DNA from: Nitrosopumilus sp.
GTDB taxonomy: Archaea > Thermoproteota > Nitrososphaeria > Nitrososphaerales > Nitrosopumilaceae
Reading direction: 5' to 3'
Assembly: GCA_965204345.1 (NCBI GenBank)
Contig: OZ241981.1
Coordinates: forward strand, 830,639-894,638
Length of the DNA: 64,000 nt
This document shows positions 39,471-49,375 of this stretch, piece after piece (the stretch's first letter is position 1; every line of letters begins with the position of its first letter). The position numbers and the translations under genes were made by a program. Under the pieces are notes generated by a model. The model did no database searches, was not told the DNA's origin, and saw only the letters and a program-made list of their open reading frames with translations.

Positions 39471-39746
39471 ATGACAGAGATTGAATTTCTCTTAGATGAA
39501 AATGCTTTAGGTCTGGCAAGATTTTTGGAAAACAGTGTAAAATACAGAAAGGTAGGAGATAATGGATGTCCTGCAAAGGAAGCAGGGGATCCAGAGGTTG
39601 TAAAGTTTGCAAGAGAGAATAATTTGGTTATTGTTACCAGAGACACCAAAATGATAGAGCAATGCAAGTTCGAAAATATAAAATGTGTCACATTTACTGA
39701 CACAGACTTTGCCAGAAAAGTGGTAGATTATACAAAGACTGTTTGA
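39471..39746 (+). CDS. DUF5615/Mut7-C-type PIN-like protein
   Basis: FLLDEN, GDPEVVKFARENNLVIVTRD. Confidence 0.8.
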   Translation: MTEIEFLLDENALGLARFLENSVKYRKVGDNGCPAKEAGDPEVVKFARENNLVIVTRDTKMIEQCKFENIKCVTFTDTDFARKVVDYTKTV

Positions 39747-39841
39747 TGTCCCAAAAGGGTGCTACCTGTTGTTTGTACCACAAAGATAACAGAACCTGTC
39801 TAAAAAGATGATCGTAAAACGGCGAAATATTCTAAGACAGA

Positions 39842-40024
39842 CTAGCGCCTTTTTCTTCTTTGTCCGGGTTTGTTTTGGCCAGGATATCTGCCCAAGACAA
39901 ATCGTTTCTTAAAATTACTTTTGTTACCAACACTAGAACTAGTACCTACAATTTTTCTACCCTCAACCTTGGGGGTTTGACCTCTTACTTTTCCTGCCTT
40001 GGTAAGCGAACCGTGTGTTGCCAT
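39842..40024 (-). CDS. rps30e: 30S ribosomal protein S30e
   Basis: HGSLTKAGKVRGQTPKV. Confidence 0.95.
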   Translation of the reverse strand: MATHGSLTKAGKVRGQTPKVEGRKIVGTSSSVGNKSNFKKRFVLGRYPGQNKPGQRRKRR

Positions 40025-40067
40025 AGTCTGAGTGAAGAATTAGTAAATTTATGTATTTGGATAACTA

Positions 40068-41801
40068 CTACCAGTATTTGGCCTTTACAGTCTCTATGAC
40101 TTTTTCATGCTCCTTGCTCTTTCTACGTGCATATTTCTCCATTGCGCCAAGAGGTACACCGCCAAGGGAGCGGGCTATGGCATTAAAGAAGTATCTCTGC
40201 GGACCTTTTGCTCCAGTTTTAGTCATGAATTTTTGAATACCATATTTGAAGTTGTGTTGCCAAGTCTTGTAAAGGACGCCCAATTGTGCAGGAGTCATTT
40301 CGTTTCCAATATGGAAAAAGTCAGATTTTTCCAACAGGCCAATTGGGACAAAGGTCAAGGCAGTTGCAGTAAACATTGAATCAGGTTGCTCGTGTTCTAA
40401 TTCACTAAGTAGCCTAATGGTCTCCCAGGAATCTTCAGGAGTTTCATCATTATCAAGGCCCATGATTAATGTAAATGCGGGAATCCAGTAATCCTGATTC
40501 AAAGTTTTAACACCCTCCTTGACAACCCAGTGCCACTCAGACGGATCATATGGTGCAAGCTTTCTATCAGCATATTTGCCAATTAGCCTAAGACTGCCAG
40601 TCTCAAATCCTGCTTGGATGCCAATCATATTATCAGGACCTGCCCTCATGATTCTAGATAAATTAGGAATCAGTTTCTCATCTGCAATAGCTCCTGCCAA
40701 GGTACCGTGAGTCGGATTCGTATGCTCAACCCCGGTGGACATGATTGCAGTGAATAGTTCTTCCAAAGCCTCTCGGTTTGGCTCCATGCCTTTTGCAGTT
40801 CTAGGATCCATTCCATAAACAAAAATATCATCACTGTGAATCCATGCAGACTTTGAACCGCCTTTCTTTATGTTGACCTGAATCTCCTTTTTGACTTTTT
40901 CTGGAGAATAGTATCTCAAAGATCGTAGCGTGACATCACAAAACTTGCAGCCCCTGCCACAGCCTCTCATTACTTCAACCATTCCATGCATGCTAGGCTC
41001 GACTATATCAGGAATTTCTTCTAGTTCCGGCCTGTCCCAGAAATTGACAAATCTGCCATGAATTTTTTTGCCTTCCCTCTCAAATTCTTTAATGTTAACT
41101 TTGAAATCGCTTCTCTTTCTGAAAGGATCCATGTTTTCAAAATCACCGTTAATCAAATAGTTAAAGAAACGACCTGCATGTCCATCAATTTCAGGTGCGA
41201 TACCGCCGAGTTCTCCTTCTAGAATTGCATAAATTCCAAATTCTTCAATTTTTGCAGGATCATAATTGTATTGCCAGGTGCCAGATGCGCCAGAAATTAC
41301 TTTGGCCTTACTTCCGGTTCTTGCCTTGGCATCCTTAATTCTGTGATGCAGCTCTGCATTGTAAAATTCATCATAAGATGTCTGCTTTCTGCCATAGGTA
41401 AAGGTCATGGTAACCGGACCCATTCCAAGAGGATCCATCTCATAAGTTCCAATAACTTCAGTCTCAGGACCAATGAATTTTTCAATATGGTTTGGATGCG
41501 CAACTACAACATCCTGTCTGCTAAAGCCGTCACGAAGCAGTCCGGCTTCTAATTTTCTCAAGCCATATGGAGCATACTTTGCAACACCGTCAATGTCAGG
41601 GGACCAATTACATATAAAGTCAAATAAGACTTTGGGAGTTACCTGATTTTTCAAAATCTTGTACCAAAAACTGCTTTTGTCCCTATTAGGATCAAGTGCC
41701 GGAGCACATCCAAAAAAGGTTGCAAGTGATAGCCCCCTATAAGGTGACATCAGTGTCCTATCAGCCGTCAAGACTATCTTTGGATGACCCATACCCTTCA
41801 C
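40068..41801 (-). CDS. Radical SAM protein (archaeal, B12-binding-like N-region)
   Basis: EVMRGCGRGCKFC CxxxCxxC; GFETGS. Confidence 0.88.
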   Translation of the reverse strand: MKGMGHPKIVLTADRTLMSPYRGLSLATFFGCAPALDPNRDKSSFWYKILKNQVTPKVLFDFICNWSPDIDGVAKYAPYGLRKLEAGLLRDGFSRQDVVVAHPNHIEKFIGPETEVIGTYEMDPLGMGPVTMTFTYGRKQTSYDEFYNAELHHRIKDAKARTGSKAKVISGASGTWQYNYDPAKIEEFGIYAILEGELGGIAPEIDGHAGRFFNYLINGDFENMDPFRKRSDFKVNIKEFEREGKKIHGRFVNFWDRPELEEIPDIVEPSMHGMVEVMRGCGRGCKFCDVTLRSLRYYSPEKVKKEIQVNIKKGGSKSAWIHSDDIFVYGMDPRTAKGMEPNREALEELFTAIMSTGVEHTNPTHGTLAGAIADEKLIPNLSRIMRAGPDNMIGIQAGFETGSLRLIGKYADRKLAPYDPSEWHWVVKEGVKTLNQDYWIPAFTLIMGLDNDETPEDSWETIRLLSELEHEQPDSMFTATALTFVPIGLLEKSDFFHIGNEMTPAQLGVLYKTWQHNFKYGIQKFMTKTGAKGPQRYFFNAIARSLGGVPLGAMEKYARRKSKEHEKVIETVKAKYW

Positions 41802-41843
41802 GGAAATAATTTTCTGATTTATTTTAAACCTTGCTAGTCAAAC

Positions 41844-42656
41844 CTAGTAACTCTCTAAGATTCCAGCCTTGTTTCTATGTAAATGACCAAATTCCTTATT
41901 TTTAGACAAATGTTCCCCATCAAAGACGGTCCCATCTTTACATGCAAGATCTTCTCCCACACAGCAACTGCCACATATGCCAACACCGCACTTCATCATC
42001 CGCTCAAGGCTAGCCTGAACAAAGATATTTCTTGAATGGGCAGACTGGACAGTTTTATACATCATAATTTCAGGGCCGCATACATACACGGCATCAAATC
42101 GGGTTTTATCAACCAATTTCTCAACCACATCAGTGACAAATCCCTTCTCACCATAACTGCCATCATCAGTAGAGACAATCACAGAATGTGAATTATTCTT
42201 CAATAGATCATTTGCCAGGTCCTCAAAGAAGACCTCATCTCGTGATTTTGCGCCCATTAGCACGGTAACATCATCAGTGGGCTTTACAAAAGTAAGCAGC
42301 CTCATCATTGGAACAAGTCCGGTTCCGCCTCCAACTAGCAGCAGTTTGCCCTCCTTAACGTCAAATGAATTTCCATAGGGACCACGAATTCCAATTTGTC
42401 CCCCCACTCCAACATTGAATAATCCAGTAGATGAAGGCCCGTGTTTTCTTACAGTAAATGCAGCTTTTCCAGACTCTTTTGAAATCATAACGCTCATCGG
42501 CAGCTCATTTACACCGGGAATCCAGACCATGGCAAATTGACCAGGCAAAACATTTGGCATTACATCATCGGAGAAAACCAGCGTTCTAACAGTAGGAGTC
42601 TCGTCAACTATTTTTTCAACAGTAACAATTGTGGGATGATTAGGATTTCTTTGCAA
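41844..42656 (-). CDS. pyrK: Dihydroorotate dehydrogenase electron-transfer subunit
   Basis: PGQF, RGPYG, GGGTG, CGPEIM, MKCGVGICGSC..C [2Fe-2S]. Confidence 0.93.
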   Translation of the reverse strand: MQRNPNHPTIVTVEKIVDETPTVRTLVFSDDVMPNVLPGQFAMVWIPGVNELPMSVMISKESGKAAFTVRKHGPSSTGLFNVGVGGQIGIRGPYGNSFDVKEGKLLLVGGGTGLVPMMRLLTFVKPTDDVTVLMGAKSRDEVFFEDLANDLLKNNSHSVIVSTDDGSYGEKGFVTDVVEKLVDKTRFDAVYVCGPEIMMYKTVQSAHSRNIFVQASLERMMKCGVGICGSCCVGEDLACKDGTVFDGEHLSKNKEFGHLHRNKAGILESY

Positions 42657-43551
42657 GTCCCACCATATCCTTTATTGTAGAATAGCCTTCCTTGTTCATA
42701 TATTCTAAAATCCCTCTGTTAATATCATCAAAAACCCCGATCCAGTTATCTCCTATGGCACTGCCAAGTTGAACAGCAGAAGCTCCGGCTAGAAAAAATT
42801 CAACAGCATCTTGCCAGGTGGAAATTCCGCCACAGCCAATAATAGGAATGTCAAATTTGGAAGAAATCTCATAGACACATCTTAATGCAATTGGTTTGAT
42901 TGGGGTTCCAGACAAGCCTCCAAACTTGTTGCTAAGAATAGGCCGCTTTGTTTTGACATCAATGGCCATTGCACGTACGGTGTTAATTGCAGTAATTGCA
43001 TCGATTCCGGAATCTATTGCAGCACTAACAGTATTCAAGTAGTTGCTAGTACCCAAACCCACTTTGGCAATTGCGGGAACATTTGTGGAATTTTTAACAG
43101 TGGAGACAATTTCCTTGACTAATCCAGGATCATCGCCTACTTCCAATCCAACATGGGCAACATGAGGACAAGACAGATTTAGCTCATATGCTTTGACTTT
43201 GCAATTCTCAAATTCTTCAAGCATAATTTTAAAATCATCAGGAACCGAACCCACCAAACTGACAACTATTGGAACATCCTGATTTGGCTCAATCATTTTT
43301 GCAAAATTTCTAGCGCCAGGATTTGACAGTCCTACTGCATTAATCCAGCCACCGCCCCTTACGCTGAAGATGGTAGGATTAGCATATCCCTCCCAGGGGG
43401 CAGTGCTTAGAGATTTTGTAACAACTGCACCTGCACCTGACGCATAAAGTCGATTAAACACGTCTAAGGATATGCCTAGAATTCCAGATGCAAGCATCAC
43501 AGGTTTGTCTATTTGAATAGGGCCAATGGAAGCTGCAATGCTGGGTTTCAC
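42640..43551 (-). CDS. pyrD: Dihydroorotate dehydrogenase catalytic subunit (family 1B)
   Basis: MLASG, GAVVTKS, ELNLSCPH, GGLSG, IGCGGI. Confidence 0.95.
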   Translation of the reverse strand: MKPSIAASIGPIQIDKPVMLASGILGISLDVFNRLYASGAGAVVTKSLSTAPWEGYANPTIFSVRGGGWINAVGLSNPGARNFAKMIEPNQDVPIVVSLVGSVPDDFKIMLEEFENCKVKAYELNLSCPHVAHVGLEVGDDPGLVKEIVSTVKNSTNVPAIAKVGLGTSNYLNTVSAAIDSGIDAITAINTVRAMAIDVKTKRPILSNKFGGLSGTPIKPIALRCVYEISSKFDIPIIGCGGISTWQDAVEFFLAGASAVQLGSAIGDNWIGVFDDINRGILEYMNKEGYSTIKDMVGLAKKS

Positions 43552-43636
43552 TTTGATTAATGAGCTTAGTTTCGAATATAATGGTTGATTCCTGATTCTG
43601 TTACCTTTTTTAAAGGTGGTTTAGGATCAACTAGTC

Positions 43637-44956
43637 ATGTATTCTGTAATTTTGACAGAATTGGGAATTTCAGTTTTCAATGATGGAAGACTAGACAAGG
43701 CATTTCCTTTCTCAAACGCAGTCAAAGAGTATCTTTTAGTGAAAAATAAGGAATCAAAACTAAATGAACTTGTAAACTATTTAGCATCAACTCATAGGGG
43801 ATTTTCAGTAAGCGATGAATCATTGCTTGCAATTTTAAAAAAATATTCAATTGACTGTTATTTAATGGAGGGAGCCGAATTAGATGCAATTCAGGCAAAC
43901 AAACCACAAATTATTGTTGATTCAGACTTTGCATCAAATCTACAAGATACGCTTGGTAAGTTAAGGGAGTTTGCACTTGGGTTATCATCCTCAAAGATTG
44001 CCGAAGTATCAGAAAATCCAGATCTTCACGTGATTCAAGCAATTGGTTCCTTAGATGAAATTGACAAGATTGCAAATGTCCTAAGTTCAAGACTTAGGGA
44101 ATGGTACGGATTGCATTTTCCAGAGTTAGAGAACGTAATTGATAGCATTAATGGATATGCACAGATAGTGATGGCAGGAAAGCGGGAATCACTGACTAGA
44201 AAAGTTTTTGAGGAAGCCGGTTTTCCAGAATCAAAAGTAGAGATGCTGTCATTGATGTCATCAAAAAGTAGGGGAGGGGATATTTCAGACGTTAATTTGG
44301 CAATAGTACAATCAATTGCAAAGCAGATTTTGGATTTTCACCAGCTGCGCAAGAAACTTGAAGAACATGTTGAAACAGAAATGCAAGAGATTGCGCCAAA
44401 CCTCTCAGCAATACTTGGTACCGCAGTAGGCGCAAGGATTTTGGGAAGAGTTGGAAGTATTAAAAAATTGGCAGCACTTCCTGCCAGCACAATACAAGTT
44501 ATAGGAGCTGAAAAAGCATTATTTAGATCATTGAGGACAGGATCCCAACCGCCAAAACACGGATTACTATTTCAACATGCAAGGGTTCACGCATCTCCAA
44601 GATGGCAAAGAGGAAAAATTGCTCGTGCAATAGCTGCTAAAGCAGCAATCGCTGCAAGAGTTGACGTTTATGGCGAGGGATTAAACCAAACTTTGCTTGA
44701 AAAACTCAATGTTAGAGTTGATGAAATTGGGGAAAAATACAAAAATCCTACCGAAAAGGATACCAGACCACTTCCATCATTTAGAAGGGAGAGAGGAGGG
44801 TTTAGGGATAATCCAAGAAGAGATGAAAGGAGAGGAGTGCACAGAGGAGGCAGGGATGTAAGTAAGAGTAGTAGGGGAGACCGCAGAGGAGGAGGAGGAG
44901 ACAGAAGAGAAGGATCTAATTCAAATAAAAAGAGAAGCAGGTTTGGAAGAAGATAA
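43637..44956 (+). CDS. nop5: C/D-box sRNP protein Nop5 with Arg/Gly-rich C-terminal tail
   Basis: LREWYGLHFPEL, APNL, PASTIQVIGAEKALF, PKHG. Confidence 0.95.
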   Translation: MYSVILTELGISVFNDGRLDKAFPFSNAVKEYLLVKNKESKLNELVNYLASTHRGFSVSDESLLAILKKYSIDCYLMEGAELDAIQANKPQIIVDSDFASNLQDTLGKLREFALGLSSSKIAEVSENPDLHVIQAIGSLDEIDKIANVLSSRLREWYGLHFPELENVIDSINGYAQIVMAGKRESLTRKVFEEAGFPESKVEMLSLMSSKSRGGDISDVNLAIVQSIAKQILDFHQLRKKLEEHVETEMQEIAPNLSAILGTAVGARILGRVGSIKKLAALPASTIQVIGAEKALFRSLRTGSQPPKHGLLFQHARVHASPRWQRGKIARAIAAKAAIAARVDVYGEGLNQTLLEKLNVRVDEIGEKYKNPTEKDTRPLPSFRRERGGFRDNPRRDERRGVHRGGRDVSKSSRGDRRGGGGDRREGSNSNKKRSRFGRR

Positions 44957-45617
44957 TCAATCATTTTTTTGGATAAAATCAGAGGGAGAAGAAAGACTAG
45001 CTACAGAAAACATGGTGCCTGGAAATCAGGTGTACAAGGAAAGACTGATCATCAAAAAAGGAATTGAATACAGGTTATGGGATCCGTTTAGAAGCAAGCT
45101 GGCAGCGGCAATCATGAATAATCTAGATTATTTTCCTTTTGAAAATAAAAGCCAGGTTTTGTATTTAGGGGCATCGACTGGAACTACAGTTAGTCACATT
45201 TCAGATATTGTAGGACCTAGCGGAATAGTTTTTGGAGTAGAGCATACAAGTAGAGTGGCAAGGGATTTTTTAGACAGGGTTGTAACACATAGAAAAAACA
45301 TTATTCCAATTCTACAAGATGCCAGAAGGCCAAAAGAATATTTTTCAGTGTTTGGAAAAGTCGATGTCGTATACGTGGATATTGCACAGCCGGATCAGAC
45401 ACAAATTGCAATTGATAATTGTGAAATATTCCTAAAAAAGGGAGGTCATTTCTTTTTGGTTATCAAGACTAGAAGTATCGATGTTACAAAGAATCCAAAA
45501 AGAATTGTTGAAGAAGAAAAAGAAAAGTTAAAGCCGGGATTTGACGTTCTGCAGACCATAGACTTGCACCCTTATGATAAAGACCACGCAATGGTAATTG
45601 CAAGATTCAAGGACTAG
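44943..45617 (+). CDS. flpA: Fibrillarin (rRNA/tRNA 2'-O-methyltransferase)
   Basis: VYKE, WDPFRSKLAA, VLYLGASTGTTVSH, DIAQPDQ. Confidence 0.96.
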   Translation: MEEDNQSFFWIKSEGEERLATENMVPGNQVYKERLIIKKGIEYRLWDPFRSKLAAAIMNNLDYFPFENKSQVLYLGASTGTTVSHISDIVGPSGIVFGVEHTSRVARDFLDRVVTHRKNIIPILQDARRPKEYFSVFGKVDVVYVDIAQPDQTQIAIDNCEIFLKKGGHFFLVIKTRSIDVTKNPKRIVEEEKEKLKPGFDVLQTIDLHPYDKDHAMVIARFKD

Positions 45618-46255
45618 TTATTTTCAATTATTCTTTGTACGGGTTTCCAGCTTTTACGCACAAATTTAGGCATCTTGTGATTTTTTTTATAATATTTTGT
45701 TACAAACTTTACGGTTACAGAGTCAGATGGATAGCCACTGCCCAAATTATGATCTTTTCTTAATTTTGTAATTGCCCTATCCCTAGTAACCTTGGCAAGA
45801 ATAGACGCTGCAGATACTACAACAAACCTGCCATCTGCACGATGGTATGACTTGATCTTATGATCATCAGACAGTTTGGAGATTGCTTTTCCAAATCTAG
45901 CTGGGTTAACATCACACGAATCAACATATGAAACATCAGGATTTAATTTGGAGACAACCTTTGCCATGTATTTTGCCTCTAAACCATTCAGACAGTGCTT
46001 TTTTACACTAGCATCAATTGACCTGGGGGAAATTTTTGCAATATAGTAGTCATCTACAATTTCAATGATTTTTTTGTACAAATATTCACGTAATTTAGGG
46101 CTAAGTTTTTTTGAATCCTTTACACCCAAAGCCTTTAATTTTTTTAAATTTTTTTTATCCAGCAATACACCGGCAATTACCAATGGTCCCAGCATGGGAC
46201 CGCGTCCAGCATCATCGATACCACAAATTTGCACGAATTGTGTCCTAAAACACAA
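45614..46255 (-). CDS. rnhB: Ribonuclease HII
   Basis: GIDDAGRGP, VKDSKKL, VSAASILAKV, GSGYPSD. Confidence 0.95.
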   Translation of the reverse strand: MCFRTQFVQICGIDDAGRGPMLGPLVIAGVLLDKKNLKKLKALGVKDSKKLSPKLREYLYKKIIEIVDDYYIAKISPRSIDASVKKHCLNGLEAKYMAKVVSKLNPDVSYVDSCDVNPARFGKAISKLSDDHKIKSYHRADGRFVVVSAASILAKVTRDRAITKLRKDHNLGSGYPSDSVTVKFVTKYYKKNHKMPKFVRKSWKPVQRIIENN

Positions 46256-46294
46256 GTATTAAACCGTTATACGTTTAGAAAAAATGAAATCTAA

Positions 46295-47443
46295 TTGGAA
46301 TTTCCAGATGATACCCTTCAAGAAATAACTGAAGGTAAAACAAAACTACTCGTTCCAAAAAAATCAATTACGGATAAGGCTCCTCCCATGAAACCAGCAT
46401 TTTTTAATCCAAAAGCAAAACTCAATAGGGATTTTTCCATTATTGCATATTCTGCTTTTCTTAACAAATTTCAGGGACCAAAAATTTTCTTAGACGGCCT
46501 TTCAGGAATAGGAGCTAGGGGACTACGGGTTGCAAATGAGTTAGATATTGAAAAGATTGTGATTAACGATCTAAATCCTTCAGCACTCAAAATGGCAGAA
46601 TATTCTTCAAATCTTAATGCCATAAAAAATATAGAATTTTCAGAAAAGGAAGCATGCAGGTTTTTTAGTAATTATTCAAGAAAAGGAGAAAGAGGTTCGA
46701 TTGTAGACATTGATCCTTTTGGCTCACCTGCGGCATTTTTTGACTGTGGGATTAGGGCAACCATGCATGGAGGCATATTATCAACTGCAGCCACAGATCT
46801 TCAGGTTTTAAATGGATTGTTTCAGTCTGCATGTAAAAGAAAGTATGGCGGAATTCCAATTAGAACAGAATATGGCAATGAGATTGCAATTAGATTGATT
46901 TTGGGATCTCTTAGAACAGTGGCAGCAAGACTCGGGGTAACAGTAATTCCCATATTTGTTGAAAGTGAAATGCATTACTATAGAACATACGTCAAAATTC
47001 TCAACAGGCCAGATCAGCAAGAAAACCTAGGATATATTTTACATTGTAAAAGCTGTGGTCATAGAAAAATTTCTCTTAAAGAACGCCAGGAATGTGAGCT
47101 ATGCAAATCAGAAATTAGCATAGCTGGTCCTTTATGGATTGGGAACATTTTTGACAAGGAATTTGTTGAGGATATGCTAAATGAAAACTCCAAACTGGAA
47201 ACAGACAAAATTTGTGAAAAAACATTACTCAAATGTATAGAAGAGGCAAACATGGACGGGATTTATTTTACAGTAGACGAGATTGCATCTTTAATGAAAT
47301 CATCCCCGCCGAAACTAGAAAAAGTAATCACAAGTTTACGGGAAAATAATTTTTTAGCTAGCGTCACTGTATTTGATTCAACGGGATTTAAGACTAATGC
47401 AAACATTAAGGAAATAATTAAAATTTTTAAGACTATCCAGTAA
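46295..47443 (+). CDS. trm1: tRNA (guanine-26-N2)-dimethyltransferase
   Basis: FFNP..NRD, LSGIGARGLR, NDLNP, DIDPFGSP, GPLWIG. Confidence 0.93.
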   Translation: MEFPDDTLQEITEGKTKLLVPKKSITDKAPPMKPAFFNPKAKLNRDFSIIAYSAFLNKFQGPKIFLDGLSGIGARGLRVANELDIEKIVINDLNPSALKMAEYSSNLNAIKNIEFSEKEACRFFSNYSRKGERGSIVDIDPFGSPAAFFDCGIRATMHGGILSTAATDLQVLNGLFQSACKRKYGGIPIRTEYGNEIAIRLILGSLRTVAARLGVTVIPIFVESEMHYYRTYVKILNRPDQQENLGYILHCKSCGHRKISLKERQECELCKSEISIAGPLWIGNIFDKEFVEDMLNENSKLETDKICEKTLLKCIEEANMDGIYFTVDEIASLMKSSPPKLEKVITSLRENNFLASVTVFDSTGFKTNANIKEIIKIFKTIQ

Positions 47444-48026
47444 AGCCTAAACAAACAAGATACAATTCGCTGCTTTGTTTTCTACTAGCAACAGGTTTTG
47501 TAAGATTGGTTCTGGCAAATTTTTTCTTGATATAATCTCTGAATTCCATCGAGAATTCACCGTCAAAAACTTTGAAGACTGCATTGCCTTTGTGAGCTAA
47601 AACTTTGGACATGATTTTTGTGCAACTATAATTCAGGGAAATTTGTCTAGCATGATCAATAGACCAATTTCCACTAACCTGAGGAGAGAGATCGCAGATT
47701 ACAGCATTGACTTTACGCCCAAAGTAAGACATAACTTCATCAACGACATGCTCATCTTCAATATCTTCTCGGATTATATGAGCTCCAGGGATTTCTTCAA
47801 CGTAGGACAGGTCAATCCCCATTACCTTTCCTTGGTTTCCAACCAACTTCATAGCCATTTGAGTCCAACCTCCTGGTGCACATCCAAGATCTAGTACATT
47901 AAAACCAGGACCAATCAGGCGATAAGACCGGTTTAATTCTTGTAGTTTGAATGCAGCCCTGCTTCTAAAACCCTGCTCATGGGCTAATCTGCGATAGTGA
48001 TCTTTGCGTGCATCTGCTAGTTTCAT
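47433..48026 (-). CDS. rlmE: 23S rRNA (uridine-2'-O)-methyltransferase RlmE/FtsJ
   Basis: RSRAAFKL, LDLGCAPGGW, ICDLSP, SRKQSSELY. Confidence 0.95.
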   Translation of the reverse strand: MKLADARKDHYRRLAHEQGFRSRAAFKLQELNRSYRLIGPGFNVLDLGCAPGGWTQMAMKLVGNQGKVMGIDLSYVEEIPGAHIIREDIEDEHVVDEVMSYFGRKVNAVICDLSPQVSGNWSIDHARQISLNYSCTKIMSKVLAHKGNAVFKVFDGEFSMEFRDYIKKKFARTNLTKPVASRKQSSELYLVCLGFTG

Positions 48027-49324
48027 TTAGCCTTCACGGGTTTCTTTAATTCAGCAATTACCCAATCTTCAATGAATTGGCAATTTCTAGGACTAATCTC
48101 ACCGTCAAGTGAACATTTCTGTTCTACAGGACAAACTAAACATGGTGCATTTTCAATTGACTGTGTACTAATTGGAGTTTTCTTTAAAATTAATTTGTAT
48201 GTCCAACGATTATTTTCAAGGAGTTTTTCTCTAGTAATTGTACCCATTCTTTCAAGTTTCAGTGCTAAACGAGAACCAATCTGATTTGTAAGCTTGAGCT
48301 TTTTCCAGAGTTCGCCTTGGAACATTCCATCAGACTCTTTTTCAGCTAAAATATCAGAAACTTTGTTTGTTAACCTTTCCATGTCAACCTTTTCAATTTG
48401 GAAATTTTCAATTTCTTCATCAGTAAGCTGTTCTTCTAATTCTTCTTCGAGGGTTAATTCTTCTATTCTTTTAGCTTCTTCTAATTCTTTTTTGGTTAAT
48501 TTCTTTACTTTAGCAGGTTTTGCCTCAACTACTTTTGCAGGTTTTTTGGCAAGTTTCTTTGCAGGTTTTGCCTCAGCTACTTTTGCAGGTTTTTTGGCAG
48601 GTTTCTTTGCAGGTTTTGCCTCAACTACTTTTGCAGGTTTTTTGGCAGGTTTCTTTGCAGGTTTTGTCTCAACTACTTTTGTAGGTTTTTTGGCAGGTTT
48701 CTTTGCAGGTTTTGTCTCAACTACTTTTGTAGGTTTTTTGGCAGGTTTCTTTGCAGGTTTTGCCTCATCTTTCTTTGTAGCAGATGAATCTGGCATTTCC
48801 TTTTTCTTTTTTAATTTGGCAGGTTTTGTCTCAACTACTTTTGTAGGTTTTTTGGCAGGTTTCTTTGCAGGTTTTGCCTCAGCTACTTTTGCAGCAGATG
48901 AATCTGGCATTTCCTTTTTCTTTTTTAATTTGGAAGCTTTCTTTGCAGGTTTTGCCTCAGCTACTTTTGGAGCAGATGAATCTGGCATTTCCTTTTTCTT
49001 TTTTAATTTGGAAGCTTTCTTTGCAGGTTTTGCCTCAGCTACTTTTGCAGGTTTTGCCTCAGCTACTTTTGCAGGTTTTGCCTCAGCTACTTTTGCAGGT
49101 TTTGCCTCAGCTACTTTTGCAGGTTTTGCCTCAGCTACTTTTGCAGCAGATGAATCTAGCATTTCCTTTTTCTTTTTTAATTTGGAAGCTTTCTTTGCAG
49201 GTTTTGCCTCAACTACTTTTGTAGCAGATGAATCTAGCATTTCCTTTTTCTTTTTTAATTTGGCAATATCTGCCTTTATTTTTTCTGCTTCTTCAATTAG
49301 AGTATCTTTTTTCTTTGCCATCAA
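48023..49324 (-). CDS. RPC34-like / TFE-beta protein with long histone-H1-like Lys/Ala/Pro repeat N-terminus
   Basis: C-terminal wHTH (MFQGELWKKLKL..LALKLERMGTITR) and Fe-S motif PCLVCPVEQKC..ISPRNC. Confidence 0.82.
   Translation of the reverse strand: MMAKKKDTLIEEAEKIKADIAKLKKKKEMLDSSATKVVEAKPAKKASKLKKKKEMLDSSAAKVAEAKPAKVAEAKPAKVAEAKPAKVAEAKPAKVAEAKPAKKASKLKKKKEMPDSSAPKVAEAKPAKKASKLKKKKEMPDSSAAKVAEAKPAKKPAKKPTKVVETKPAKLKKKKEMPDSSATKKDEAKPAKKPAKKPTKVVETKPAKKPAKKPTKVVETKPAKKPAKKPAKVVEAKPAKKPAKKPAKVAEAKPAKKLAKKPAKVVEAKPAKVKKLTKKELEEAKRIEELTLEEELEEQLTDEEIENFQIEKVDMERLTNKVSDILAEKESDGMFQGELWKKLKLTNQIGSRLALKLERMGTITREKLLENNRWTYKLILKKTPISTQSIENAPCLVCPVEQKCSLDGEISPRNCQFIEDWVIAELKKPVKAK
48520..49260 (-). 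repeat. Nested tandem repeats (24-, 48-, 78-bp units)
   Basis: Five exact 24-bp copies at 49021-49140 (PAKVAEAK); repeated PAKKPAKKPTKVVETK and LKKKKEMPDSS blocks; outer boundaries approximate. Confidence 0.93.
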
Positions 49325-49375
49325 ATCACCTTCTTTTTTAATTTAATTTCTTGTTTATCAATCAATATTTCATTC

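Noticed and set aside
32700-39800. Diversity-generating retroelement or recombinase-driven shufflon as the explanation for the island repeats
   Set aside because: No reverse transcriptase, no adenine-specific TR/VR mismatch pattern, and no intact site-specific recombinase in the window.
48294-49346. 350-aa plus-strand ORF (and 119-aa ORF 48865-49224)
   Set aside because: Antisense shadows of the Lys/Ala/Pro repeat, which lacks stops on the opposite strand; Phe/Ala/Gly-rich nonsense composition.
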